Below, piece after piece: positions 26,078 through 35,412 of a DNA stretch of 64,000 nucleotides. The notes under the pieces are model-generated. The model had not been told where the DNA came from. It did no database searches and saw only the letters and a program-made list of their open reading frames with translations. This stretch comes from Planctomycetota bacterium. Lineage in GTDB: Bacteria > Planctomycetota > UBA8742 > UBA2392. The stretch's first letter is position 1, and every line of letters starts with the position of its first letter. Location of the stretch: NCBI GenBank assembly GCA_016712285.1, contig JADJRK010000001.1, positions 897,098-961,097 of the forward strand. Reading direction: 5' to 3'. The position numbers and the translations under genes are program-made.

Positions 26078-26095
26078 TGTACAGGCAAGTGTACA
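26078..26095. promoter_or_regulatory. Putative autoregulatory operator upstream of the antitoxin gene: TGTACA-N6-TGTACA
   Basis: tgtacaggcaagtgtaca lies immediately upstream of the antitoxin RBS. Confidence 0.4.
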
Positions 26096-26098
26096 GAA

Positions 26099-27340
26099 TC
26101 ATGTCTCGCTTGCCATGGCATTTCCTGCCAGCCAGCCGGTGGTCCAGCAGCTTTGGAAGTTGAAGCCGCCGGTGATGCCGTCAATGTCCAGCAACTCGCC
26201 GGCGAAGTACAGGCCGGGCACGAGCTTGCTTTCCATGGTCTTGAAGTTCACCTCGCTCAGGCGCACGCCGCCGCAGGTTACGAACTCGTCCTTGTTCATG
26301 GTCTTGCCGGTGACCGGCAACTCGGTACGGATCAACTGCTGCACCAGCCGGTGCTGCTGCGACTTCGACAGGCCCGACCAGCGCGTGTCGCGCGGCACGC
26401 CCGCAGCCAGGACCAGCGACTCCCAAAGCCGCGCTGTCAGCGGCGCAAGCGGCGTGTTCACCACCAGCTTGGCCGGGTGGAGGTCGCGCAGGGCGTCGAG
26501 CTGTTCGCCGATCGCCTCAGTGGTGCGTCCCGGCAACCAGTGAAGTTGCAGCGTGAATGAGTAGTTCAAGTCGGCCAGTTTGCGCGCGCCCCACGCCGAC
26601 AGGCGCAGGATCACCGGGCCGCTGACCCCCCAGTGCGTGAACAGCAGGATGCCGGTTTCGCGCAGGCCGGCGGCGGCGGCTTCCACGGGCTCGATCACAA
26701 TGCCCGCCAGTTCGTGCACCCATGGTGCGTCGACGTGAAATGTGAACAGCGACGGCACCGGCGGCTCAAGCGTGTGCCCCAGCGAGACCGCAAGCGCGCC
26801 CATCGCCGGCACGCGACAGCCGCCGGTGGCCAGCATGACGCGGTCGGCTTGCAGTGTTTCGCCGCCGTGCAGCGTAAGCGAAAAACCGGTGGCGTCGTGC
26901 GTGATGGATTCAACGCCTGCGTTCACGCGCAGTTTCACGCCGGCGGCTTCGGCGGCTTCGATGAAACAGTCGATGATAGTCTGCGACGAATCGCTGACCG
27001 GGAACAGGCAGCCATCGTCCTGGGTGTACATGAGTACACCGCGGCGCTTGAACCAATCGATGGTGTCGCGCGGCTGGAAGGTTTGAAACGGGCCGATCAG
27101 GGGTCGCTCGCCGCGCGGAAAGTGTGTTGCAAGCGCGCGGGCGTCGAAGCAGGCGTGGGTCACGTTGCAGCGCCCGCCGCCGGAGATTTTGACCTTGGAA
27201 AGAAAGTGGCCGGTTTTCTCGAGGATGGTGACAGTGGCCGCCTTCGCCGAGACTTCGGCGCCCAAGCCCCCGGCTTCGGCGCACGCAATCGCCGCAAAAA
27301 ATCCAGCGGCGCCGCCACCAACTACGACTACTCGTTTCAT
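26099..27340 (-). CDS. NAD(P)/FAD-binding flavoprotein, HI0933/BaiN-like family
   Basis: Start moved to ATG 27340 (MKRVVVVGGGAAGFFAAIACAE, a GxGxxG dinucleotide fold). ...GGGRCNVTH... is typical of the HI0933 family. Confidence 0.8.
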   Translation of the reverse strand: MKRVVVVGGGAAGFFAAIACAEAGGLGAEVSAKAATVTILEKTGHFLSKVKISGGGRCNVTHACFDARALATHFPRGERPLIGPFQTFQPRDTIDWFKRRGVLMYTQDDGCLFPVSDSSQTIIDCFIEAAEAAGVKLRVNAGVESITHDATGFSLTLHGGETLQADRVMLATGGCRVPAMGALAVSLGHTLEPPVPSLFTFHVDAPWVHELAGIVIEPVEAAAAGLRETGILLFTHWGVSGPVILRLSAWGARKLADLNYSFTLQLHWLPGRTTEAIGEQLDALRDLHPAKLVVNTPLAPLTARLWESLVLAAGVPRDTRWSGLSKSQQHRLVQQLIRTELPVTGKTMNKDEFVTCGGVRLSEVNFKTMESKLVPGLYFAGELLDIDGITGGFNFQSCWTTGWLAGNAMASET

Positions 27341-27521
27341 CAGATCAGCCCGGGGCGGGAGGGAAGCGGTAACGCCGGTGGGTCCAGCAGAACCGATGGG
27401 GAAAGGTCTAGCAGGAATATGCAAAAGCGGCTGGGCACTTCAATCGTTTAAAAACTCTGGACCTCCCAGTCGAAAGTCCGACAACGGCCACAGCGGTTGC
27501 GCGGCAAACCGCACGGGCAAC

Positions 27522-27597
<76 letters not shown>

Positions 27598-27605
27598 GCC
27601 TCAGA

Positions 27606-27644
27606 GCAGCCTTGGGAGCCACTCCCGGGGCTGCTTTCTCTTTG
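27606..27644 (+). terminator. Hairpin plus T-rich tract after tRNA-Lys
   Basis: agcagcc-ttgggagccactcccgg-ggctgct followed by ttctcttt. Confidence 0.5.
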
Positions 27645-27744
27645 CGCCCGGTTGCGGCCGAAGCATCGCAGTTCACGCCCCGTACATGATTCCGCTCGAT
27701 TCGCGCTCGCGGCGCCTCGGCACGATGTGTGCGGCAACTCGCGG

Positions 27745-28398
27745 CTAGAACAGGCTGCCCTTGTCGGCTTTCGGCGGCGTGTCTTTTGATGGTGAGGCGC
27801 AGGCAAACTCTTGCAGCGCACCGGCATACGGCTCGATCAAAGCCTTGATTTCTGGCGGCTTGCGCGTGAGGTCAAGCCAGGTAGCCACTTGGTCGCGCTC
27901 GAGAATCAGCGGCATACGGTCGTGCAACGGTTGCATCCACGTGGAGGCAGGGGTCGTGATGATTGAAAAGCTTGGGCCAACTTCATCATCCGGCGTCCAC
28001 AGCGCGCCGAACAACATTGGGTCGCCGTCGGCGCGATGAATTGCGTGTGGCTGTTTGCTGCCCTTGGTTCCGGTCCATTCAAAGAAGCCGCCGACTGCGA
28101 CGACCGCACGTCGAAGCACCAACGGTTCGCGCCAGATCGGGAAGCGAAGGCTTTCCGACCGCGCGTTGAACACCGCGTTGCTCTTGTCGGTCTTGAAGCC
28201 CCAGCGCATGGGCACCAAGCCCGTTGAGGTGATCACCGGAAACTGGTTGGTGGGTCGAACGTCAAAGTGACCGCGCGGCGCGTTCATGTACTCAATCCAC
28301 TCTTTGATGGCTTGGCGAGCCGCCTCTTGCTGGTCGGGCGGCAGAAGCGCCAACGCCAGGTCAATGGCGGTCGGAGGCACGTAGAAGCGTCCACACAT
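27745..28398 (-). CDS. SOS-response-associated peptidase (SRAP / YedK / HMCES-like abasic-site processing protein)
   Basis: Start moved to ATG 28398: MCGRFYVPP... (catalytic Cys2). FNARSESL...AVVAVGGFFEW are SRAP motifs. Confidence 0.85.
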   Translation of the reverse strand: MCGRFYVPPTAIDLALALLPPDQQEAARQAIKEWIEYMNAPRGHFDVRPTNQFPVITSTGLVPMRWGFKTDKSNAVFNARSESLRFPIWREPLVLRRAVVAVGGFFEWTGTKGSKQPHAIHRADGDPMLFGALWTPDDEVGPSFSIITTPASTWMQPLHDRMPLILERDQVATWLDLTRKPPEIKALIEPYAGALQEFACASPSKDTPPKADKGSLF

Positions 28399-28533
28399 GC
28401 GCCACACGATAGTCATTGGGTCGCAAGTTCGCATCCTGCAGCTGACCCGCTTCGATTCAACGTTGCCTGATTTCTGGCGTATCGGTCGCCATGCCCGCCG
28501 CGTATGATGGGCGTGGGCTTTGCGGAGACTTCC

Positions 28534-28911
28534 ATGCGCAGCACACTGACCATTTTCGTGATCGGGTTTGTCTTGGGGTCGTCGTTGGGCATTGGCGGGC
28601 TCTGGACGCAAGTTGTGCAGCCGACCAAGGCCGAGCTTGAGAAGATTGAGCAAGAAAACGGCATCATGCAGAAAGCCGTCGAAACCGCGACCCAGGCCCT
28701 GAAAGACGCTGCCAAAGACCTGCGTGCAGACGCTGATGTTACCGGCGCCAGCGTCACTGGGCCGACCAGTGTCCGGCCAACCGGCACCTCTCCGCAACCA
28801 GCGCCGGTACCGACACTGGGCACCTCTCGCACGCGCAGTATTGCGGACACGCTGGACAGCAAAGCAGCCGAGCTTGAGCAGACACGGACCTCAATGCGGA
28901 CCGTTCGTTAG
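28534..28911 (+). CDS. Small membrane-anchored hypothetical protein (N-terminal TM, coiled-coil, Pro/Thr-rich linker)
   Basis: MRSTLTIFVIGFVLGSSLGIGGLW... Confidence 0.45.
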   Translation: MRSTLTIFVIGFVLGSSLGIGGLWTQVVQPTKAELEKIEQENGIMQKAVETATQALKDAAKDLRADADVTGASVTGPTSVRPTGTSPQPAPVPTLGTSRTRSIADTLDSKAAELEQTRTSMRTVR

Positions 28912-29010
28912 TCGTCCCTGCCGCGACATGGGCGCCTGCATGTAACGTCTTGTCCGCGTGCGGTTTATCGTTTACGCTTCGAGTGCTCACCACGGCCTTG
29001 GAGTTCCTGC

Positions 29011-30183
29011 GTGTCACTTGTCCTGATTTCTGATGACGATCCGGCTGTGCGCGCGGAGCTCAAGCAGGTACTCCTGAAAGCCGGCCACAGCGTGCTGGAA
29101 GCCGCCACCGCGCGCGCAACGCTGCACGAGGCCCAGGACCACGACCCCGACCTGATTCTGCTGGATATCAAGCTGCCCGACATGTCGGTCATGGAACTGC
29201 TCGAGGAACTGCGCAGCGAAGCCGCGCTGGCGCGCGTGCCGATCATGATGATGGCCGCCGACGCCGACCAGGACCTGCTGACCCGCACCTTCAAGTGGGA
29301 CATCGTTGACTTCGTGCACAAGCCGTTCAACACCGACATCCTGGTCGCCAAGATCGGCGCCCACACACGCCTGAACCTCGCGTACAAGTTCAGCCGCAAG
29401 CTCAGCAAGGAAATGTACATGTCGCGCATCGAGCGCCTGGAAACCCAGGTGCAGGCGACAGAAGAAGACATGAGCGAGGCTGAGCGCCACTTCACGTGGA
29501 TGCAGCCCAAGACGCCCAAAGTCGACGGCTACACGATCGAGGTCAAGTACCGCCCATACGGCAAGCTGGGCGGCGATTTCTATGACTTTGTGTGGCTTGA
29601 CCGCGACCGGCTTGCCGTGGTGGTCGGCGACGTCAGCGGGCACGGCATCCAGGCGGCGATTCTGCAGACGATGGCTCGCAAGCTGATCAGCCTGGCGCTG
29701 CGGCAAGAGCTCGACAACCTGCAGAAAGTCGTCGAGTTCTCGAATCGCGAACTGACTAACGACCTGCCGCCCGGCAGTTTCGTTGCAGCCACCATAGGCG
29801 TGCTGAACACCGAGACCCACGAGTGGCGCCACGTCCGGTGCGGCATTCCGTACCCGATTCTGGTCAAGGCCGACCGCGAGTGCGAGCCGCTGATGACGCC
29901 CGGGGGCCCGCTGGGCCTGAGCAAGAAAGCCGACTGGGCCATCGGCGTAGGCACCTACGGCGTAACGCTGGAGGCCGGCCAGGGCATGCTGCTGATGTCA
30001 GACGGCATCATCGAGTGCTACCTCGATGACGAGAAGAAAGAGCAGTTTGACGTCGAGGGAGTGATGAAGGCCATAAAGGAAACTCCCAAAGATGGCAGCA
30101 TGATCGCTACAATCTGCGAAAAGGCGAACCTGGACCATCGCGCCGACGACGACGCGACGCTTATCAGTATTGCGCGGAAGTAG
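29011..30183 (+). CDS. Response regulator: receiver domain fused to PP2C (SpoIIE-type) phosphatase
   Basis: GTG start with GGAG RBS. REC: SDDD acidic pair, LLDIKLPD (phospho-Asp), VHKPF (Lys). The conserved Thr is replaced (IMMMAADAD). PP2C: GGDFYDFVWLD, AVVVGDVSGHGIQAA, LLMSDGIIE. Confidence 0.8.
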   Translation: MSLVLISDDDPAVRAELKQVLLKAGHSVLEAATARATLHEAQDHDPDLILLDIKLPDMSVMELLEELRSEAALARVPIMMMAADADQDLLTRTFKWDIVDFVHKPFNTDILVAKIGAHTRLNLAYKFSRKLSKEMYMSRIERLETQVQATEEDMSEAERHFTWMQPKTPKVDGYTIEVKYRPYGKLGGDFYDFVWLDRDRLAVVVGDVSGHGIQAAILQTMARKLISLALRQELDNLQKVVEFSNRELTNDLPPGSFVAATIGVLNTETHEWRHVRCGIPYPILVKADRECEPLMTPGGPLGLSKKADWAIGVGTYGVTLEAGQGMLLMSDGIIECYLDDEKKEQFDVEGVMKAIKETPKDGSMIATICEKANLDHRADDDATLISIARK

Positions 30184-30186
30184 CGA

Positions 30187-31431
30187 ATGGCCGACATTCT
30201 TCTGATCGAGGGCGAGAGCGCAATCCGGGAAAGCGTCAGCGAAATGCTGCGCACGGGCGGCCATGACGTCACCGCGGTCGAGAACAGTGAGCAGGCGCGC
30301 AAGGCCAGCCTGCGCAAGGTGCCCGCGCTCGTGATCAGCGACCAGAAACTTGGCGATGAGGGCGTCGAGTTTCTGATGCACCTTTCGCGTGACCGGCGGC
30401 TTTCCCGCGTGCCGGTGGTCTTGCTGGTCGATGGCGGAAACACCGACTCGGCACTCAGCACCTACCAGTGCGACATCTTCGCGATCTTCAAGAAGCCCGT
30501 AGACCTTGACGCCCTGAAGCTGCAGGTCGAGACCATCATTCGCCAAACCACGCGCCAGAAGCAGTCGCGCAAACGCGAACGCCACGAGCTGCGCAGCCAG
30601 ATCATGCGCCTTGAGCGCGAAGTGCGCGCCACCACAATCGACCTGACCGACGCGGCGCAGAACTTCACGACGATGCTGGCGACGCCGCCTCGCCCCGACG
30701 GCATTCGCATCGACGTGCACTTTGCCCCAAGCGGCGGGTTCATTGGCGGCGATTTTTATGACTTCTTCTGGCTGGATGAGCGGCGGCTTTGCGTGGTGGT
30801 GGGGGACGTGACCGGCCACGGCATCCAGGCCGCGGTGATCCAGTCCATGGCGCGCAAGGTGATCAGCATCGGCATGCGCATCAAGCACGGCGACCTGCGC
30901 GACGGCCTGCGCTTTGCCAACGATGAGCTGGCCGACGACATTCCACAGGGCAAGTTCGTGGCGGCGCTGGTGGGTGTGCTGGATGTGGTGAGCGGCAACT
31001 GGCAGCACGCGCGCTGCGGCATCCCGCACCCGGTGTTCGTGAAAGCCGACGGCACGCGCGAAGACGTGCTGACCGCGGGCGTGGCCCTGGGCCTCAAGCG
31101 CAGCGCGAACTGGGCCGACGCCATCCAGGTGCACAGCTCAAACCTTGAGCCCGGCGGCCGCGTGGTGATGTTCACGGACGGCATCATCGAGTGCCTCAAG
31201 GACGACGGCGAGGAGTTTGATTACCCCGGCATTCACAAAGTGCTGGAGCGCGCCAAGCCGACCGACAACGTGCCCGAGTTGATCTACCAGGCGGCCCACG
31301 CGGGCCACCGCGCCGTGGACGATGTGCTGATTATCGCCATCACGCGAGAGTCGGTGGTGCTCGAGGACAGCCAAACCATCACACTGTTCGGCAACCTCGA
31401 CGACGAAGAAGACATTTTCAACGTGCGGTAG
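30187..31431 (+). CDS. Second receiver-PP2C response regulator, tandem paralog with an atypical receiver
   Basis: REC has IEGES in place of the DD pair; VISDQKLGD and FKKPV are retained. PP2C: GGDFYDFFWLD, CVVVGDVTGHGIQAA, VMFTDGIIE. Confidence 0.8.
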   Translation: MADILLIEGESAIRESVSEMLRTGGHDVTAVENSEQARKASLRKVPALVISDQKLGDEGVEFLMHLSRDRRLSRVPVVLLVDGGNTDSALSTYQCDIFAIFKKPVDLDALKLQVETIIRQTTRQKQSRKRERHELRSQIMRLEREVRATTIDLTDAAQNFTTMLATPPRPDGIRIDVHFAPSGGFIGGDFYDFFWLDERRLCVVVGDVTGHGIQAAVIQSMARKVISIGMRIKHGDLRDGLRFANDELADDIPQGKFVAALVGVLDVVSGNWQHARCGIPHPVFVKADGTREDVLTAGVALGLKRSANWADAIQVHSSNLEPGGRVVMFTDGIIECLKDDGEEFDYPGIHKVLERAKPTDNVPELIYQAAHAGHRAVDDVLIIAITRESVVLEDSQTITLFGNLDDEEDIFNVR

Positions 31432-31438
31432 CGATCGT

Positions 31439-33334
31439 TCAATCTTCCTCAGGTGCCGACCCTGGTGGCGGTGTTGGCGGGCGCTTGTAGGGCGGGTTGC
31501 GGACGTCAATCTCAAGCACGAATCCGGCTTCAGCCTCAGTCAGCGTCACGTGCTGATCCACCAGCTTGGTGCCACTCCGAACGAGGGTGCCTTCCTCGAC
31601 CGTCTCAGTGGTGCCCTTGGTAAACACTACAACCCAATACACGCCGCGGTTGATGCTCAAGCCGTTGACTGTATGTACTGCGCTGCCGCTGGTGGTGCCG
31701 CGCTCTCCGCCCGGCCCGGAGCGGTACTTCCCTACGATGTAGACAAACTCTGCCCCTGGCTCCGCGTTTATGAACTTGAATGTGATTGACCCAAGCGCCG
31801 GCTTCAATGCCACATCGCCAAGATCCAAGTGTTCGCCGGGCTTCACGTGGAAGCGGACTTCAGTCTGCTCAAAACCGTCACCTTCGACATAGAGCGCACT
31901 GAGACTGCTTGCGACACCGCTAAGCAGGATTTCACCACCGGGTTCCGCGTAGGCCAGAACGCCACTCTGCCCGACCGGAGGCGGGCGTTTGGGTTTGGGC
32001 GGTCCTTCCTTGTATGGTTCCTTGCCTGCGGCCTTCGCGCGTTCCTGGGCCCGCTGGGCTGAGCTGTTGCGCAGGCGATACATTTCCCAAGAGGGCAAGA
32101 GGTGTCTGCGAACCGTGGCTGAACTGCGACTAATCGGGTCGCCGTTTGTGTCCACAGCACGCAGGCGAATGGTGACTGGAAGGGTTACTTCAGCGACGAA
32201 CTCGCGCACCTTGTCTGGTTCCACGCGAAAGGCACCGCTGTCCCAGACTCCGAACAAACCCTCGATTCGAATTTCGAAGTCACCATCGAAACTCAGGGCG
32301 TAGTTAGTGTATGCGTGGCCCCACTTCAGCACGCCACTCAGAGCAAGCCCAGGCAAGCCGTTGCGCCGGATTTCAAGTTTCCAATCTTCGGAGGCCGGCA
32401 ATCGCGAAAGGTCAACGCGCACGCCATACATTGGTTTGGTTGCGACCGGCACGACTGCCTTTAAAGTGCGCGCGTGGGCGTCAATCTGGAACGAGAACGT
32501 AGCAGGCTGTTGCCAACCCATCCGAAGGCCAGCAGTAAACATGGACACGCGAGTCGTCTGATCCGGAATGTCCACATACCCGGTTTCACCTTCTTCCAGC
32601 GTCAACCACGCCAAGCCATGGTCCTTAAAGCGCGCTCCCTCGCCCGAGACGAAATGTAACCGAACTCTGCCGGCAAAGGGGGCGCCGTCGCCGTAGATGA
32701 CTTCGACGGCAACCCGATTGGTTCGATCTAGGCGAACCACTACATGTTGCCCGTCTGCCTTGACCTCGACCAGAACGCTGCCGGGCACTTGCCCCCTTGG
32801 GGCGTCCGGTGGACTCGACGGCAGATTCCACAGCAGCGCCAGCGGCCGAATGTTCAGATACTCAAGCTCATTCGGGCCCAGCGTTGACTGCACTTGGGCA
32901 GTACCACTTTCGCCCGCAGTTCCCTGAGTCCAGGAGAAGTCCTGGTCCCCGGCTCTTTTGGGGCGCCTGACATACTGCTCCACAGTTTCAAAGGCGTACT
33001 CAAACCCGATGTCCGGTACAGGCCGATCGTCATGCGTGCGAAACGCAATGAAGACCCTCTTGGGTTGAGGCACAGCCGGCACTGGCGCTTCGACCGGCGC
33101 GATGGGTGCCGGCGACTGTGTCGCCGGAGTTTCGTCCGGTTCACGATTGGCTGCAATTGGCTGCGGCGTTGCCGGCTTTGGCACGGCGGCGACCGGGGGA
33201 TCGTTGTCAGCAACCGGAGTGGAAGACTCGGGCCACCTCCAAATCGCCAAGAGCACGACGAGCGCAAGCACAAACAAGAGCGCAATCAGCGCAGCATACT
33301 TGGTCCGATTTCGATCTACCGTCAGTGCTTCCAT
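31439..33334 (-). CDS. Large membrane-anchored hypothetical protein (N-terminal TM, Pro-rich linker, about 550 aa extracytoplasmic region)
   Basis: Probable start at MEALTVDRNRTKYAALIALLFVLALVVLLAIW. No recognisable domain. Convergent with the REC-PP2C pair. Confidence 0.55.
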   Translation of the reverse strand: MEALTVDRNRTKYAALIALLFVLALVVLLAIWRWPESSTPVADNDPPVAAVPKPATPQPIAANREPDETPATQSPAPIAPVEAPVPAVPQPKRVFIAFRTHDDRPVPDIGFEYAFETVEQYVRRPKRAGDQDFSWTQGTAGESGTAQVQSTLGPNELEYLNIRPLALLWNLPSSPPDAPRGQVPGSVLVEVKADGQHVVVRLDRTNRVAVEVIYGDGAPFAGRVRLHFVSGEGARFKDHGLAWLTLEEGETGYVDIPDQTTRVSMFTAGLRMGWQQPATFSFQIDAHARTLKAVVPVATKPMYGVRVDLSRLPASEDWKLEIRRNGLPGLALSGVLKWGHAYTNYALSFDGDFEIRIEGLFGVWDSGAFRVEPDKVREFVAEVTLPVTIRLRAVDTNGDPISRSSATVRRHLLPSWEMYRLRNSSAQRAQERAKAAGKEPYKEGPPKPKRPPPVGQSGVLAYAEPGGEILLSGVASSLSALYVEGDGFEQTEVRFHVKPGEHLDLGDVALKPALGSITFKFINAEPGAEFVYIVGKYRSGPGGERGTTSGSAVHTVNGLSINRGVYWVVVFTKGTTETVEEGTLVRSGTKLVDQHVTLTEAEAGFVLEIDVRNPPYKRPPTPPPGSAPEED

Positions 33335-33403
33335 GGCCTTGATAGTAGCAGCGAAAGCGCCAATGCAGTTCACGCAATTGGCTGCATCGTATGCCGAGTG
33401 CGT

Positions 33404-34459
33404 TCAGACTAACGCAGGTTCCGCACTTTCAGTGGCTACTTCAAAACCCGCAGCGACCAGCTTACTTCTTGCCATGTCGGGCGTGACGAGATCAGCAAGG
33501 CTTATGCTGCCGCTTGCATTTGGTTTGGCCAGCAGCGCTTCGGCGGCCCAGACGCTGGGCCATGAGGGCACGTCTAAGCCGTTGTTTCGGGCGATGATTT
33601 CGATGCTGTCCAGCACGTCGCCCGACGCATCCAGCGCGTCGATCGCCATGATGCCGACCCTGGTGCCCAACGGGCGGGCCAGCGGCGACATGGCCGCCCC
33701 AATGCGCGAACCGAAATGCAGCAGGCCGCGCGGCGTGGCGCCGACCACGCGCGAAACCATGCGCAACGCGCTTGTGTAGCTGCGACGGTCGAACCCAAAG
33801 CCGAAACGCAGCGGCACAATACGGTCACCGAGCGACACGCCGATCGATTCCAGGCCGCTGGGGTATGTGCTGTACCGCCGTGTGCCGATCGCGCCGTGGT
33901 CGCGCAACCAGGATTCACCGAACCAGCGCGAGCCTTGCGGCTTTGCGCGGCCGATCGGCAGCAGCATGCTGTACAGCAGTGTCGCCGACGCATCATTGTT
34001 CGTGCCGATGGAAAGCTGCGCCCGCACGCCGGCCACATCGGCCCGGCCTTGCCAGCGGCGTGCAAAGACCTCGATCAAAGCCGGAACGCTGCTGCACCCG
34101 GTGATGGCGGCGATGTCGCCGGGTACAAAACCGGCTGCGATGTCGCGTACAGCCTGCATGAACGCCGGAGTCTCGGCCAGGTCCACGTAATGGCACCTGT
34201 GCTCGCGGCAGGCTCGCAGCAGGGGGCCGTGGTCATAGGTGAACGGGCCCACGGTGTTGATCAGCACGTCCACGTGTTGCAGCGTGGCGCCAAAGTCCTC
34301 GGGGCGGGCCAGGTCGAAGCGGGTAAATGTCGCGCCTTCAACACTGGTAGGACTGCGGCCGCCGCAGATCAGCGTCGCGTCGGGCAAACTCTGGCGCAGC
34401 AACCGCAGAATGCGGCGGCCCATCAGCCCGCTGCCGCCCAGCACCATGACTGTACTCAT
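33404..34459 (-). CDS. Saccharopine-dehydrogenase-like NAD(P)-binding oxidoreductase
   Basis: MSTVMVLGGSGLMGRRI Rossmann N-terminus; ...VDVLINTVGPF.... Confidence 0.7.
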   Translation of the reverse strand: MSTVMVLGGSGLMGRRILRLLRQSLPDATLICGGRSPTSVEGATFTRFDLARPEDFGATLQHVDVLINTVGPFTYDHGPLLRACREHRCHYVDLAETPAFMQAVRDIAAGFVPGDIAAITGCSSVPALIEVFARRWQGRADVAGVRAQLSIGTNNDASATLLYSMLLPIGRAKPQGSRWFGESWLRDHGAIGTRRYSTYPSGLESIGVSLGDRIVPLRFGFGFDRRSYTSALRMVSRVVGATPRGLLHFGSRIGAAMSPLARPLGTRVGIMAIDALDASGDVLDSIEIIARNNGLDVPSWPSVWAAEALLAKPNASGSISLADLVTPDMARSKLVAAGFEVATESAEPALV

Positions 34460-35343
34460 GGCGCTTTCCCGGCGTTCGCGTCATGGATGCGCGCGTGGGC
34501 TGCCATGTACGCGAGGTAGTGCTCGTCGATGCGGTCGCGTGTTGTGGCTGTCGGGTTCTCAAGCGCCAGCGTTTCCAGCGTTCCCGCCATAGCGCTGCCC
34601 CACGGGCTGTGCGGCACCAGCGGATACGTGACACGGGCGTTGACCGCCAGCACCCAGGCCGGCACCGACAGGTCGTGCTCTTGCATGATGATTGTGTACG
34701 GGTTGGTCTCGGGGTCATGGATCGGTGGCGCCTCAATGCCTTCGGCCCACGGACCGTCATTGAACAGCACCAGGTCGCTGCTGGTGCTGAAGCTGACCAT
34801 GCCCGCGACCGGCAGCGCCACCACCGCCAGCAGCCACAGCAGCACGCGCGGCGGTTTGTGTACGATGTTGCGCACAAACTGCAACCGGCCCTTGGTCGGC
34901 TCGCCGCTGGGCTTAGCCACGGCCGCTGAGGCGATCACGCCGATGCCAAGGTTCTGCGCAAAAATGAAGAAAATGAAAAACGGGTAGACCACGCTGATGC
35001 CCGTGATGCCGTGCGTGACCGCTTCGCCAAGGCTGCCCTTCCATCCGGCAACGACCATGAACGGAAAGTAGCTGAAGCGCCACGCCAGCAGCGCGCCGAA
35101 CGACGCGATTAGGTTGCGCGCGAAGTTGTCATCGTTGCGCATGCCGAAACCAAGGCCCAGCATGGTCCCGGTGAGGCCGAAGATCACGAAGGGCCAGAAC
35201 AGCATCGGCTGCGTGAGTTCGGTCTGCGCGTCAAGCCAGAAGCCGGTGATGATGGCTGCCAGCGCGACCAGTGTCGCGCCTGCAATGCCGACGGGAGTCA
35301 GGTTGACGATACCGAAAAGTGCGCGACGGGGCTTGTCTTCCAT
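34456..35343 (-). CDS. Hypothetical integral membrane protein
   Basis: At least 6 TM helices. ATGA overlap with the downstream oxidoreductase, so the same operon as the desaturase. Confidence 0.55.
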   Translation of the reverse strand: MEDKPRRALFGIVNLTPVGIAGATLVALAAIITGFWLDAQTELTQPMLFWPFVIFGLTGTMLGLGFGMRNDDNFARNLIASFGALLAWRFSYFPFMVVAGWKGSLGEAVTHGITGISVVYPFFIFFIFAQNLGIGVIASAAVAKPSGEPTKGRLQFVRNIVHKPPRVLLWLLAVVALPVAGMVSFSTSSDLVLFNDGPWAEGIEAPPIHDPETNPYTIIMQEHDLSVPAWVLAVNARVTYPLVPHSPWGSAMAGTLETLALENPTATTRDRIDEHYLAYMAAHARIHDANAGKAP

Positions 35344-35412
35344 GGGTGCACCCAGGAGCGGAACGGTGCGAGTTTATACTCGGGTGCGGGTTCCGCTGAA
35401 AGCGGAGGACAA

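Noticed and set aside
25750-26184. Long form of the antitoxin ORF starting at TTG 26184 (144 aa)
   Set aside because: The N-terminal 39 codons are Ala/Pro/Ser-rich filler. The internal ATG 26067 has a perfect AGGAGA RBS and an operator palindrome just upstream, and gives a canonical Phd/YefM-length protein.
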